From contig JAJDCP010000125.1 in assembly GCA_029260765.1 (NCBI GenBank), positions 1,863-65,862 of the forward strand: a stretch of 64,000 nt of DNA, written 5' to 3'. This DNA is from Planctomycetota bacterium (lineage in GTDB: Bacteria > Planctomycetota > J058 > JAJDCP01). The notes under the pieces were generated by a model. It saw only the letters and a program-made list of their open reading frames with translations. It was not told where the DNA came from and did no database searches. Shown here piece by piece: positions 28,430-37,523 of the stretch (its first letter is position 1; each line of letters begins with the position of its first letter). A program made the translations under genes and the position numbers.

Positions 28430-29995
28430 TCATTCCCCGTGGCGCCAGCTGCGCGTGATGCGCAGAGGTTCTAGGCCCGCCCGCTCGACATTGAGCGTCA
28501 GGCTATAATCGCCGTTCTGCAGCGGCCGCGCGAGCGGAAAACTGAGCTCGGCCTGTTCTCCGGGCAGGAGCCACACCCCTGATCCCCGGACGACTTCTTC
28601 GAGCACCCTGCCGAAGGGATCGGCGATGCTCAGGGAAACGCGGAGGGGCACGTGAACCTTACCGGGGTTCGCCAGCCCGCAGATGAACGTGAGCTCCGAC
28701 TCGCCTGTCGAGCGCAGCGACTCGAGGCTGATCTGGGGCTCGGGTCGCTCGCTGCCGAGCAGGGCGACCGGAATCCGTACACTCCCTCCCAGCGAGCCGT
28801 CGTCGGGCGTCACGACAAGCTCGAGCCAGGCGTAGAGGGGTTCGCCGTTGCTGGTCCGCCCACGGACGCTGGCCGCGATGCGGCGGTCCCTGTGGCCGGA
28901 CAGCCAGACCGACTCGGGACGCACCACCAGCCAGTCGGGAGCCGGCTGCCCAGCAAGCCCGACGATGCTGACGCGCAGGCCCGCCGCCACCTCGGCCGTG
29001 TTCTCGAGCAGGATCGGCAGCATGCGGCTACTGCCCGCCCCGGTGGAGAGCTCGAGCGCTTGCGGAGAGACCTGTAGCGAGGCGACGACGCGCGGCAGCA
29101 AGCCCGCCTGGGTCGGAAATTCGGCCGCCTCGACTTCCAGCTCGAAAGACTGCTTGCGGCGGTCCTTGCCGGCGCGGACCTCCACATCCAGGCGGTAGGG
29201 GCCGCTGGCCAGAGGCTCGGGCAGCTTCTCTTCAACCCGGATGCGGGCCCCGGGCAGGATGAGGATCTTCAGCCGGTTTGCTTGCAGCCGCTGCGAACGG
29301 GACGGCATGATCAGAGGAAAGCCCGGCCCGACCTGTTTCCCGGAAGGCAACCGGACCAGCGCTGCGTCGAGCTCGACCTCGTGCGGTTGAGCGCTCGGGT
29401 TTGTGAGCCAGACGCGGGCGACCGCCAGACCATCCCGTTCGACCAGGCCGCCCTCTTCGATCAAGAGCTGGCTCAGCGCCGGCTGCATGCCTCTGGCAAC
29501 CTGGACTTCAAGCCGGATCAGATAACGGAAGCGGACGCGCACGTTGACCTCCCGGTCTTCGCTGGCGGCCGGGCCGTCGCTGGCGGACAGCTGGGAGATC
29601 AGCAGGCCGTACTGCAGCAGCGCCGGGCAGTCAGCGGGCAGGAAGATCTCCCCCCGGACCTGGCTCGTCGAACCCGCTGTCAGGCTCAGGCGTTCGTCGC
29701 TGAGGCTGAGATCTCCGGTCGGGCCGTCCAGGAGCGGGGTCAGCGTTCCGGTCTCGGTCTGGCCCAGGGCGACCGGGACGACCGAGACTTCGAGGGGCTC
29801 TGGACCACACAGGACGTCGACCTCAAAGGGGATACTGTCGCGCGGGTTGCCCTCGAGCTTCAGGATCAGAGGCGTAACCCGAAAGAGCGCGCCGGCCGCA
29901 GGTTGTGGCTCGTTGTCTGGCGTCTGGCCGTCGGCGGCCGCGAGCAGCAGCAACAGCAGGCCGAGCCGCGTCAGGATCTCCTGGCAGCCGCTCAT
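28430..29995 (-). CDS. Periplasmic PapD-like chaperone, internally duplicated
   Basis: Signal peptide and two units starting 'FRVTPLILKL' and 'LQVSPQALEL'; 'VNVRVRFRYLIRL', 'LTNPSAQPH' / 'LANPGKVHV', 'GPYRLDV' / 'GDYSLTL'. Confidence 0.65.
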   Translation of the reverse strand: MSGCQEILTRLGLLLLLLAAADGQTPDNEPQPAAGALFRVTPLILKLEGNPRDSIPFEVDVLCGPEPLEVSVVPVALGQTETGTLTPLLDGPTGDLSLSDERLSLTAGSTSQVRGEIFLPADCPALLQYGLLISQLSASDGPAASEDREVNVRVRFRYLIRLEVQVARGMQPALSQLLIEEGGLVERDGLAVARVWLTNPSAQPHEVELDAALVRLPSGKQVGPGFPLIMPSRSQRLQANRLKILILPGARIRVEEKLPEPLASGPYRLDVEVRAGKDRRKQSFELEVEAAEFPTQAGLLPRVVASLQVSPQALELSTGAGSSRMLPILLENTAEVAAGLRVSIVGLAGQPAPDWLVVRPESVWLSGHRDRRIAASVRGRTSNGEPLYAWLELVVTPDDGSLGGSVRIPVALLGSERPEPQISLESLRSTGESELTFICGLANPGKVHVPLRVSLSIADPFGRVLEEVVRGSGVWLLPGEQAELSFPLARPLQNGDYSLTLNVERAGLEPLRITRSWRHGE

Positions 29996-31377
29996 GGGGC
30001 GTCCTCCCGAATGATCCGTGGTGAGATGAAGATCGCGATCTCGACGTCCTCTTCCAGCGTGTCGATCCTCGAAAACAGCCAGCCCAGGCCCGGAATGTCG
30101 CCCAGGAACGGGACCTTGACGATGCGCTCGACCTCGCGGCGCTGGACCAGCCCCCCGATGACGATGGTCTGGCCGTCGGCCACCTGGACCGTAGTCGACA
30201 CGTTGCGGGTGTTCAGGGTCGGCAGGCGGCTGTCCTGGTCGCGGGCGACGACATCGCTCGGCCGCACTTCGTCGCTGACCTCGGCCCGGCGGATGTCGAC
30301 CAGGACCTGCGAGCCGCGGATGCGAGGCAGGATGTCGAGGACGATGCCCGACCGGACCGACTCCGCCTCACGGACGAAGCGCGTCGGGTCACCGACCGTG
30401 AAGTAGGTCTCTTTGCCGATGTGGATGCGCGCTGGCATGCCGTTTCTGGCCATGACCCGCGGCGAGGCCCGCACCGAGAGGTAGCCCTCGGACTCCAGGG
30501 CACGCACGAACGCCGAGGTGAACTTGAAGGAGCGGAGCCCTTCGAGCTCCTCCGGCCCGAAGGCAGAGGAAGCCGTCAGCTGCTGCAGCCCCAGGTTGCC
30601 GAACAGGTCGCTCGAGGCGCGGAAGCCCTGCACGCCGTCGGCCGCGAACTCGAAACGGGAGTCCGGGGCGTAGGCGCAGATGATCGCCTCAAACATGACC
30701 TGCGGGATCGGCTGATCGAGGCGCTCAAGCTCCCCCATGATACTCTGGGCGAGCCTGGCCGGAGCGCGCACGACGATGATGTTGCCCGGCTCGCTGACCC
30801 TGATGTTCGCACGGGCGTACAAGGGCAGCAGCTCGACCAGCTGCGCGATCTCGAGGTGGGCCGGCCGGAACTCGTATGTCTCGGCGATCAGCGAGAACAG
30901 GGCCGAGCCCGGATCGGACACCCCGACCAGGTAGGTCTCGCGCGACTTCCGGCTGTGATAGCCCAGCGGCAGCAGGATACTCTGGAGGGCGATGTCGAAG
31001 GCGACCTGCTCGAACTGCGCGTTCGTCCGGCCCCTGACCTGATCGTCCAGAACCAGATTGACACCCGCTTGGGACGCCAGTGAGCGGAGCGCATCGCGCA
31101 CATCGGTGTCGACGAAGAAGTCGCTGACCAGAGGGCCCGCGCTTGCACTGCCGGCGTCCACAACAGCAAACGCTTCACTGGGCGGCCGCGGCTGCTGCCG
31201 GGTCGCGACGGGCAGAGTCGGCTCCCAGTCGCGCCGTGAGACTTCCAGGGCCTGGGCAAAGAGCTCTTCGATCGAGCGCGCCCGAGGTTTGGTGGACGTG
31301 CAGGCGGGGATCATGTGGAGCGCGACGAGCAGGAGTGCTCCTGGCCAGCTTCTCTTGATCTCTCGGTGGTTCAGCAC
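29992..31377 (-). CDS. Outer-membrane secretin (type II/III family) with lipoprotein signal
   Basis: STN-like 'DTDVRDALRSLASQAGVNLVLD', N domain, 'PQVMFEAII', 'ASPRVMARNG', 'TTVQVADGQTIVIGGL', 'KVPFLGDIPGLGWLFS'. Lipobox IPAC. Confidence 0.92.
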   Translation of the reverse strand: MLNHREIKRSWPGALLLVALHMIPACTSTKPRARSIEELFAQALEVSRRDWEPTLPVATRQQPRPPSEAFAVVDAGSASAGPLVSDFFVDTDVRDALRSLASQAGVNLVLDDQVRGRTNAQFEQVAFDIALQSILLPLGYHSRKSRETYLVGVSDPGSALFSLIAETYEFRPAHLEIAQLVELLPLYARANIRVSEPGNIIVVRAPARLAQSIMGELERLDQPIPQVMFEAIICAYAPDSRFEFAADGVQGFRASSDLFGNLGLQQLTASSAFGPEELEGLRSFKFTSAFVRALESEGYLSVRASPRVMARNGMPARIHIGKETYFTVGDPTRFVREAESVRSGIVLDILPRIRGSQVLVDIRRAEVSDEVRPSDVVARDQDSRLPTLNTRNVSTTVQVADGQTIVIGGLVQRREVERIVKVPFLGDIPGLGWLFSRIDTLEEDVEIAIFISPRIIREDAP

Positions 31378-31796
31378 GGCGCTCTCCTGGCTTGTTCTCC
31401 AGACACAAGCATCGTGGAGCAAGGGCCATGCCAACCTCTCGGAGCCCGCAGCCCAGCGCCCGCCGAGCAGGGTACGTGCGGATTCCGGACACCTGCCCGC
31501 GCTGCGACCAAGGATTGTGAGGAAAACTCAAGACACGGGTGGCTCGGATCGCGAGGCTGCCAGCCGCTGCGGGAAGTTTCCAGAGGTGTTGGAAAGGTCG
31601 CTTGTTGGGATTTGTCCAGTTTTCCGACAGTTCAGCTGCCGGCTTTTTCGACGGCCAGAACAGTCCTGGCGGAGCTGGGTTCAAGCACGCGGTATGCTCA
31701 GCGGGTAGCGCTACCCAAGCTCAAGCCATGCGGAAAATGGGCCTCTATGACGGAAAGACCCACGGCCCCCCAGGCACCTGGCCCAAACGGAGCTGC

Positions 31797-31871
31797 TGTC
31801 CCAGCGATCGTCACCGTATCGACGACCAGCGCATCGAGCTCGCCGTCGCCGTTGCCATCCTCGACGCCGAT
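31797..31871 (-). repeat. Degenerate direct copy of the 3' end of the FG-GAP gene (25282-25356)
   Basis: 75-bp ungapped alignment with about 9 mismatches; encodes IGVEDGNGDGELDALVVDTVTIAG versus IHVEDVNGDGKLDVLVGDTVTIDG. Confidence 0.85.
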
Positions 31872-31910
31872 CGAGGATCTGGCGCAGCGCTGCGATCGTG
31901 GAGTCTCCAG

Positions 31911-32032
31911 ACTGACCTCAGCATAAGTAGGGGAGGGGTTCACCCCCTCCCGCAAGCGAACCGTTCGAGTCGGCGAGGAGGGGTAAACCCCGCCCCTACG
32001 GGATGATGTCCTGAACTTATGCTGAGGTCAGT
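31911..32032. mobile_element. 122-bp MITE-like element enclosing an inverted GTAG-REP pair
   Basis: Perfect 18-bp terminal inverted repeat ACTGACCTCAGCATAAGT (31911-31928 and 32015-32032). Internal REPs GTAGGGGAGGGGTTCACCCCCTCCC and reverse GTAGGGGCGGGGTTTACCCCTCC. Confidence 0.7.
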
Positions 32033-32120
32033 ACGCTCAGCAGGCGAAGCGGCGGAAATCTGATTGCAAGAGGGCCTCAAATGACCGATCTTCGTCTAAC
32101 CGCTGCGGGGACCCTGGCGC

Positions 32121-33887
32121 GTGGATTCAGGTCGGGAGTATACGGAGCGGACAAACCTGCGCGCCCTGCGTGAGAAGGCGGAGGTCATTCTCAGCAGCGG
32201 GAGCGGACCTTTATTGGCGCCGCCTGACGGCGACCTGCGCGAGCTTGTACACGAGCTGCAGACGTACCACATCGAGCTCCAACTACAAAACGACGAGTTG
32301 CAGCGCGCACAGCTCGAGCTCCGCGCGGCCCTGAGCCGGTCAACAACGCTCTATGACTACGCCCCCGTAGGATATATGACACTGGACCAGAATTGGATGG
32401 TCCGCGATGCCAACCTCCGGATGGCCGAGATGCTCGGGGTCGAGAGGAACCGCGTGAGGGGACGGCGCGTCAGTGACTTCGTGGCCTTCTCAGACCAGGA
32501 CGCTCTGTACCTCACGTTGCGTGGGCTCTCGCGCGACAGGCAACGCCGGGAGCTCGACCTCAGGCTGAAAACGGCCAACGACGGCTCCTTCTGGGCCTCG
32601 AGCGAGTGGCTGGCGTTCGAACACACGGGCGCGCGCGCCGAAGTGCGCGTCACCTTTAGCGACATCTCCGCGCGCAAACGCATGGAGGAGGAGTTGCGGC
32701 AGGCCAAACAGGCCGCTGAAGCTGCCAACCTGACCAAGAGCCGCTTTTTGGCCAACATGAGCCATGAGATTCGCACGCCGATGAACGGAGTGATCGGTAT
32801 GGCGAGTCTCCTGGCTGAGACCAATCTCGACGCGGACCAGAAAGATTTTGTGGCTACGCTCACGTCCTCGGCCGAGGACCTGTTGACGCTCATTGATGGG
32901 ATCCTGGACCTCTCGAAGATCGAAGCGGGCGGGATCGAGCTGGAGGCCATCGACTTCGACCTTCCTTTGGTCACAAAGAACGTTATGGCCCTGTTCTCGC
33001 AGGAAGCCAAGGACCGGCAGATTGGCCTGTCGTTCGTGTGCGACCCGAGGGTTCCCCCGTCCGTCGTGGGCGATCCGGTTCGGCTTCGCCAGGTCTTGAG
33101 CAACCTTGTCAGCAACGCGCTGAAGTTCACCAAGGAAGGGACGGTCGACGTGCGTGTGGGACTCCCCGACGCCGGGGCCGAGGCAGACCTCGTGCGCTTC
33201 GAGGTGAGAGACACGGGAATCGGTCTGAGTCCAGCGGCCCAGGAGAAGATCTTCAGGCCCTTTGTCCAAGCCGATCCATCGACGACCCGCAGGTATGGGG
33301 GAACGGGTCTTGGCCTGGCGATCTCCCAGCGTCTCGTGGGGTTGATGGCGGGTGAGCTGGGCGTCGAGAGCCGGCTCGGCGGCGGCTCGCTGTTCTGGTT
33401 CACGGCAAGGCTGAGTCCCACGCGCGTGCCGTCCCCTGGCGACGAGCACGTGTCGAGCGGGTCCGTGACTCTCGAGGCCCCGAGGAACGGCGGCAGAGTG
33501 AACCACGGACTTCGGGTCCTGGTTGCCGAAGACATGCTGGTCAACAGGCTCGTGGTCGTCAGTATGTTGGAGAAGCTCGGCTGCCGTGTGGACACGGTCG
33601 AGAATGGCAAGCAGGCCATCCAGGCTGTCTGCACGAGCAGCTATGATCTCGTGCTGATGGATTGCCACATGCCCCTGCTAGACGGATATAGCGCAACCGC
33701 GCGGATCCGTGCCAGCGAAGACGGCGCCACGCGCATCCCGATCATCGCGATGACAGCATCGGCTATGTCCGGCAGCCGAGAGCGTTGCATGGAGGCGGGT
33801 ATGGATGGCTTTGCCAGCAAACCCCTCACGTTGGAGAAACTGGACCTGCTCATCACGAAGTGGCGCAATCCTCAGGATCCGGTCTGA
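32121..33887 (+). CDS. PAS-domain hybrid sensor histidine kinase / response regulator
   Basis: Coiled coil 'ELQLQNDEL', PAS, H-box 'FLANMSHEIRTPMNG', N/G1/F/G2 boxes, REC 'LMDCHMP'. Confidence 0.95.
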   Translation: MDSGREYTERTNLRALREKAEVILSSGSGPLLAPPDGDLRELVHELQTYHIELQLQNDELQRAQLELRAALSRSTTLYDYAPVGYMTLDQNWMVRDANLRMAEMLGVERNRVRGRRVSDFVAFSDQDALYLTLRGLSRDRQRRELDLRLKTANDGSFWASSEWLAFEHTGARAEVRVTFSDISARKRMEEELRQAKQAAEAANLTKSRFLANMSHEIRTPMNGVIGMASLLAETNLDADQKDFVATLTSSAEDLLTLIDGILDLSKIEAGGIELEAIDFDLPLVTKNVMALFSQEAKDRQIGLSFVCDPRVPPSVVGDPVRLRQVLSNLVSNALKFTKEGTVDVRVGLPDAGAEADLVRFEVRDTGIGLSPAAQEKIFRPFVQADPSTTRRYGGTGLGLAISQRLVGLMAGELGVESRLGGGSLFWFTARLSPTRVPSPGDEHVSSGSVTLEAPRNGGRVNHGLRVLVAEDMLVNRLVVVSMLEKLGCRVDTVENGKQAIQAVCTSSYDLVLMDCHMPLLDGYSATARIRASEDGATRIPIIAMTASAMSGSRERCMEAGMDGFASKPLTLEKLDLLITKWRNPQDPV

Positions 33888-34115
33888 GGCCGCGGCGCTC
33901 CGTCGCATTGCCTCGCGCATCTTTACGTTCGAGGCCGCTTGGGCACCGAGCACGCACCGGTCGTCGGCTCGTCTCCGGTTCAAAGATCTCAAGCGGGCCT
34001 TCAGCCCGTGCCATCCCCCATGCTGTCGTTGCGCGCACAGAGGGGGAAGAGCGATCATCAGGCCGTGTGCCAGGGTCTGTTCTTGAGGGGATCAAACAGA
34101 CCCCGTACAGGCGCA

Positions 34116-37100
34116 TCATGGGGCGGAATCGGTGACGTCCTCGATGGCGAGCAGGATCAAACCCGACCCCGCACTTGCATGGGCGAGGCGGCGTGCGTTG
34201 AGCCGCATCCTGCGCAGCCCGAGCTCCTCAAATTCGTGCGACATCTCGAAGTCCTCAAAGCTGACGTTCCTTGGCAGGATCTCCTCGAGCAGCTCACGCA
34301 ATCTGGGGATGTCCCATTGCTTGTTGCCCAGCTCGTAGAGCGAGTTCCCAATGGTCTGGTCAGGGATGGTACCGAAGGTCTTGTAGAAAGACGCGTTGAC
34401 CGAGATGACACGCAATTGCTCGTCGAGCACAATCAAGGGTTCGCGGACAGTGGCCACAATGCTCCTGGCCACGCTTTCCTGCGCAGACTGCAGTGACGCC
34501 GCCGCTCGTTTGCGTTCGGTGATATCGATAAAGGTGATCACGGTTCCCTCGATGACGTTCTCCAGGGTACGGTAGGGCCTGATGCGCATCAGGAACCACA
34601 AACCCTCGTGGGACTCGACCTCGGCTTCCACGCTGTTCAAGGTGTCGAGTACGCTCTGTATGTCGTCCACCAGGCAGTCGTAGTTCTTCAGCTTGGCTGC
34701 GATATGACCTACCGGCCGGCCGAGGTCCGACGGGATGAGGTTGATCACCCTGGTGGTGTCCGGAGTGAAGCGGGTGATGCACAGCTGCTGGTCCACGAAT
34801 AATGTGCCCACTCCCGTCCCCGCCAGCAGGTTGTTCATGTCATTGTTGGCGCGCGACAGGTCCGTCAGCTTGGTCTGCAGCTCGATGTTGACCGTGGCCA
34901 GCTCCTCGTTGACCGATTGCAGCTCCTCCTTTGAGGTCTCCAACTCTTCATTGGTGGATTGCAGCTCCTCGTTGACCGACTGGGCTTCCTCGTTTGCGGA
35001 CTTGAGCGACTCGTTGGAGGTCTCCATCTCCTCCAGAGCCGTCTGAAGGTACTCTTCTTTGGCCCGAAGCTCCTGTTTCAGCGAGCTGATCTGCATTTTC
35101 AGCTCGTCGGCTCGCCGTCCCTCCGGAATCGCGGACATGTCCTTTGTCGGGCCCTGCTCCGTTGCGGGGGTCTGCTCTTCCAGCACGACAAGGAAGAGGT
35201 CTCGTTTGCCTCCATCGCCGCTTCGGAGCACCGGTGTGACGATCAGGCGGGCTGTGATGGCATCGCCGTTGGTCTTGATCTGCAGCCCGGGACAGTCCAC
35301 GGCCACCTGTGTGGTGCTGACGCGGTGCAGCGCAGTGGTGAGCTCTCTTCTCAGCCCTTCCCTGGCCATGGGCAGGATGAACATGCTGGCGTTGCCAGGG
35401 GCTGGTTCCAGATACTTGCCGGTGCGGCCATAGATATGAAGGATCTCGCCACGTCTGGTGACCAGGATGCCGGCCTGGACGTAGTGCTGAAGCAGGGCGT
35501 GTTCAATAAGCTCACGCAGGTTGTCTTTCCCGTCTGCTGGGCCCTGTCCACGCGACGTGATCGGCAGCCCGGGAAGGGCTCGCCGCCACGACGGCATCAG
35601 ATTCCCCAAAGCAGGACGCCGGACTCCCGGCACCCTTTCCTGGCGCAGATACAGCTTCTCCTTGCGATCCAGCGTTTTGAAGAGCGTCTCGACGCCTCCG
35701 ACCGTCTCCGACGTCCCCAGGAAGAGCACTCCCTCGGTGAGCAGAGCGTAGTGGAACAGGGCCATGAGTTTCTTCTGCAGATCCCCATTCAGGTAGATCA
35801 GCAGGTTGCGACAGCTGATCATGTCCAGCTTGGAAAAAGGCGGGTCTTTGATCACATCCTGTTGAGAGAAGATCATCTGATCGCGGATGACCTTGTGGAT
35901 GCGATAGACGCCAGCCTCCGGGTCATGAACAAAGTAACGAGCCAGCCGTTCAGGGGTGACGTCCAGGGCGATGCTGACGGGAAAGACACCACCGCGGGCC
36001 CGCTCGATGGACCGCTTGTCTATGTCGGTGGCGAACACCTGCACTTTGAGCGTCAGCCCCAGAGTTTCCATATGTTCCTGGATCAGGATGGCGATGGAAT
36101 AGGCCTCCTCACCGGTCGAACACCCGCACACCCAGACCCTGACGCTGTCATTCCCGGCCTTGTTGGCCAGAATGCGCGGGATGCCTTTGGTTTGGAGGGC
36201 TGCAAAGGCGTCCGCGTCGCGAAAGAAACAGGTGACGCCGATCAGCAGCTCGTGGAACAAGGCCTCGATTTCCGCTGGAGACGTTTGCAGAAAGTGGATG
36301 TAGTCGTAGGCTTCGTCGATCTGGTGCAGAGCCATGCGCCGCTGCACGCGGCGCACCAGAGTGTTCGTCTTGTAGTCGGAAAAATCGTGTCCGGTCTGGG
36401 ACCGCAACACGCTGCAGATCTTGTTGAGCATGTTGACGAAGCTGGCAGACACGGGAGCGCCGTGCGTGGGGGGGCGCCTGCTGTAGGCGTGGCTCACGTA
36501 GGCGATCAGTTGGGCAGGCATCTCTTCTGGTCGCAGCACGTAGTCGACCATACCGGTGGCAATAGCGCTCCGCGGCATGCCGTCGAACTCGGTCGAGTCG
36601 GGTGCCTGCGCCATAACCATGCCGCTCTCTCCCTTCACGGCACGCACGCCAAGTGTGCCGTCACTGCCGGTTCCCGCGAGCACGATACAGATGGCGCGGT
36701 CCTGTTGGTCTTGGGCCAAGGAGCGAAAGAAGAAGTCTATGGGCAACCGCATTCCGCGCGGCGCGGTCGGCTTGAAGAGCTGCAGCGAGCCATGGAGCAG
36801 GACCATGTCCCGGTTGGGGGGGATGATGTAGGTGCAGTTGGGCTGGAGTTTCATGCCATCCTGAACCTCGAAGACCTGCATCCCTGTGTAGCGCTTGACC
36901 AGCTCGCTCAGCATGCTCTTGTGGTCCGGGGCCAGATGCTGCACCAGAACGAAGGACAGACCGCTCTTGGTTTTGTCGGGCATCGCAGAGAAGAAGGCCT
37001 CGAAAGCCGCCAGGCCCCCTGCCGACGCCCCGATACCCACGATGGGGAAGACCTGCACCGGCTCGCGCAGGGGTTCTTCCTCAGGATCGGGAGCTGCTCG

Positions 37101-37220
37101 GAGCGCTGGGACCTCGGTTGCAGTGAGCTCTTGGGGAGGCCTGGACGGCGTGCCGCCCTCTCCTGCAACATTGCCCGGCAAGTCTGGTGCGTTATCTTCC
37201 CCGGGCTCCTCATCAATCAT
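34116..37220 (-). CDS. cheBR: CheB methylesterase / CheR methyltransferase / coiled-coil / PAS fusion
   Basis: 'GIGASAGG', 'VQHL', 'GTGSDG', 'GVTCFFRD', 'GCSTGEEAYS', 'SCRNLLIY', 'NEELQSTNEELETSKEELQS', two PAS domains. Confidence 0.95.
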   Translation of the reverse strand: MIDEEPGEDNAPDLPGNVAGEGGTPSRPPQELTATEVPALRAAPDPEEEPLREPVQVFPIVGIGASAGGLAAFEAFFSAMPDKTKSGLSFVLVQHLAPDHKSMLSELVKRYTGMQVFEVQDGMKLQPNCTYIIPPNRDMVLLHGSLQLFKPTAPRGMRLPIDFFFRSLAQDQQDRAICIVLAGTGSDGTLGVRAVKGESGMVMAQAPDSTEFDGMPRSAIATGMVDYVLRPEEMPAQLIAYVSHAYSRRPPTHGAPVSASFVNMLNKICSVLRSQTGHDFSDYKTNTLVRRVQRRMALHQIDEAYDYIHFLQTSPAEIEALFHELLIGVTCFFRDADAFAALQTKGIPRILANKAGNDSVRVWVCGCSTGEEAYSIAILIQEHMETLGLTLKVQVFATDIDKRSIERARGGVFPVSIALDVTPERLARYFVHDPEAGVYRIHKVIRDQMIFSQQDVIKDPPFSKLDMISCRNLLIYLNGDLQKKLMALFHYALLTEGVLFLGTSETVGGVETLFKTLDRKEKLYLRQERVPGVRRPALGNLMPSWRRALPGLPITSRGQGPADGKDNLRELIEHALLQHYVQAGILVTRRGEILHIYGRTGKYLEPAPGNASMFILPMAREGLRRELTTALHRVSTTQVAVDCPGLQIKTNGDAITARLIVTPVLRSGDGGKRDLFLVVLEEQTPATEQGPTKDMSAIPEGRRADELKMQISSLKQELRAKEEYLQTALEEMETSNESLKSANEEAQSVNEELQSTNEELETSKEELQSVNEELATVNIELQTKLTDLSRANNDMNNLLAGTGVGTLFVDQQLCITRFTPDTTRVINLIPSDLGRPVGHIAAKLKNYDCLVDDIQSVLDTLNSVEAEVESHEGLWFLMRIRPYRTLENVIEGTVITFIDITERKRAAASLQSAQESVARSIVATVREPLIVLDEQLRVISVNASFYKTFGTIPDQTIGNSLYELGNKQWDIPRLRELLEEILPRNVSFEDFEMSHEFEELGLRRMRLNARRLAHASAGSGLILLAIEDVTDSAP

Positions 37221-37523
37221 CCGACACTCCTGTACGAAAACCGAGTGACACCCGGGGGCGGCTGTGCACAACGAGGTTCGATCAATCTGCACGGATACGT
37301 TCTAACGGAGGGTCGTTCCCCGTCAACCATTTCGGCCGGAAGTGTCACAAGTGCGCCATTGCCCCGTCGGGGTTCCTTCGGGCACAGGATGACAGGCTTG
37401 GAGGGAGGCACATGAGCCTCTGAGGGGGTACTCTTCTTGCGCCGATGGGGGTCGTTCAGCTCTTGGGAGGGCTCTCTGTGCGGGTACCGTGCTCCCTTTC
37501 AAGGCGGGCCCACGCGCACAACC

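Noticed and set aside
29992-31377. Secretin as PilQ/GspD for the minor pilins at 60-63 kb
   Set aside because: It is 29 kb away, lacks pilMNOP/gspC neighbours and is coupled to Ig-fold genes. This cannot be fully excluded without the rest of the genome.
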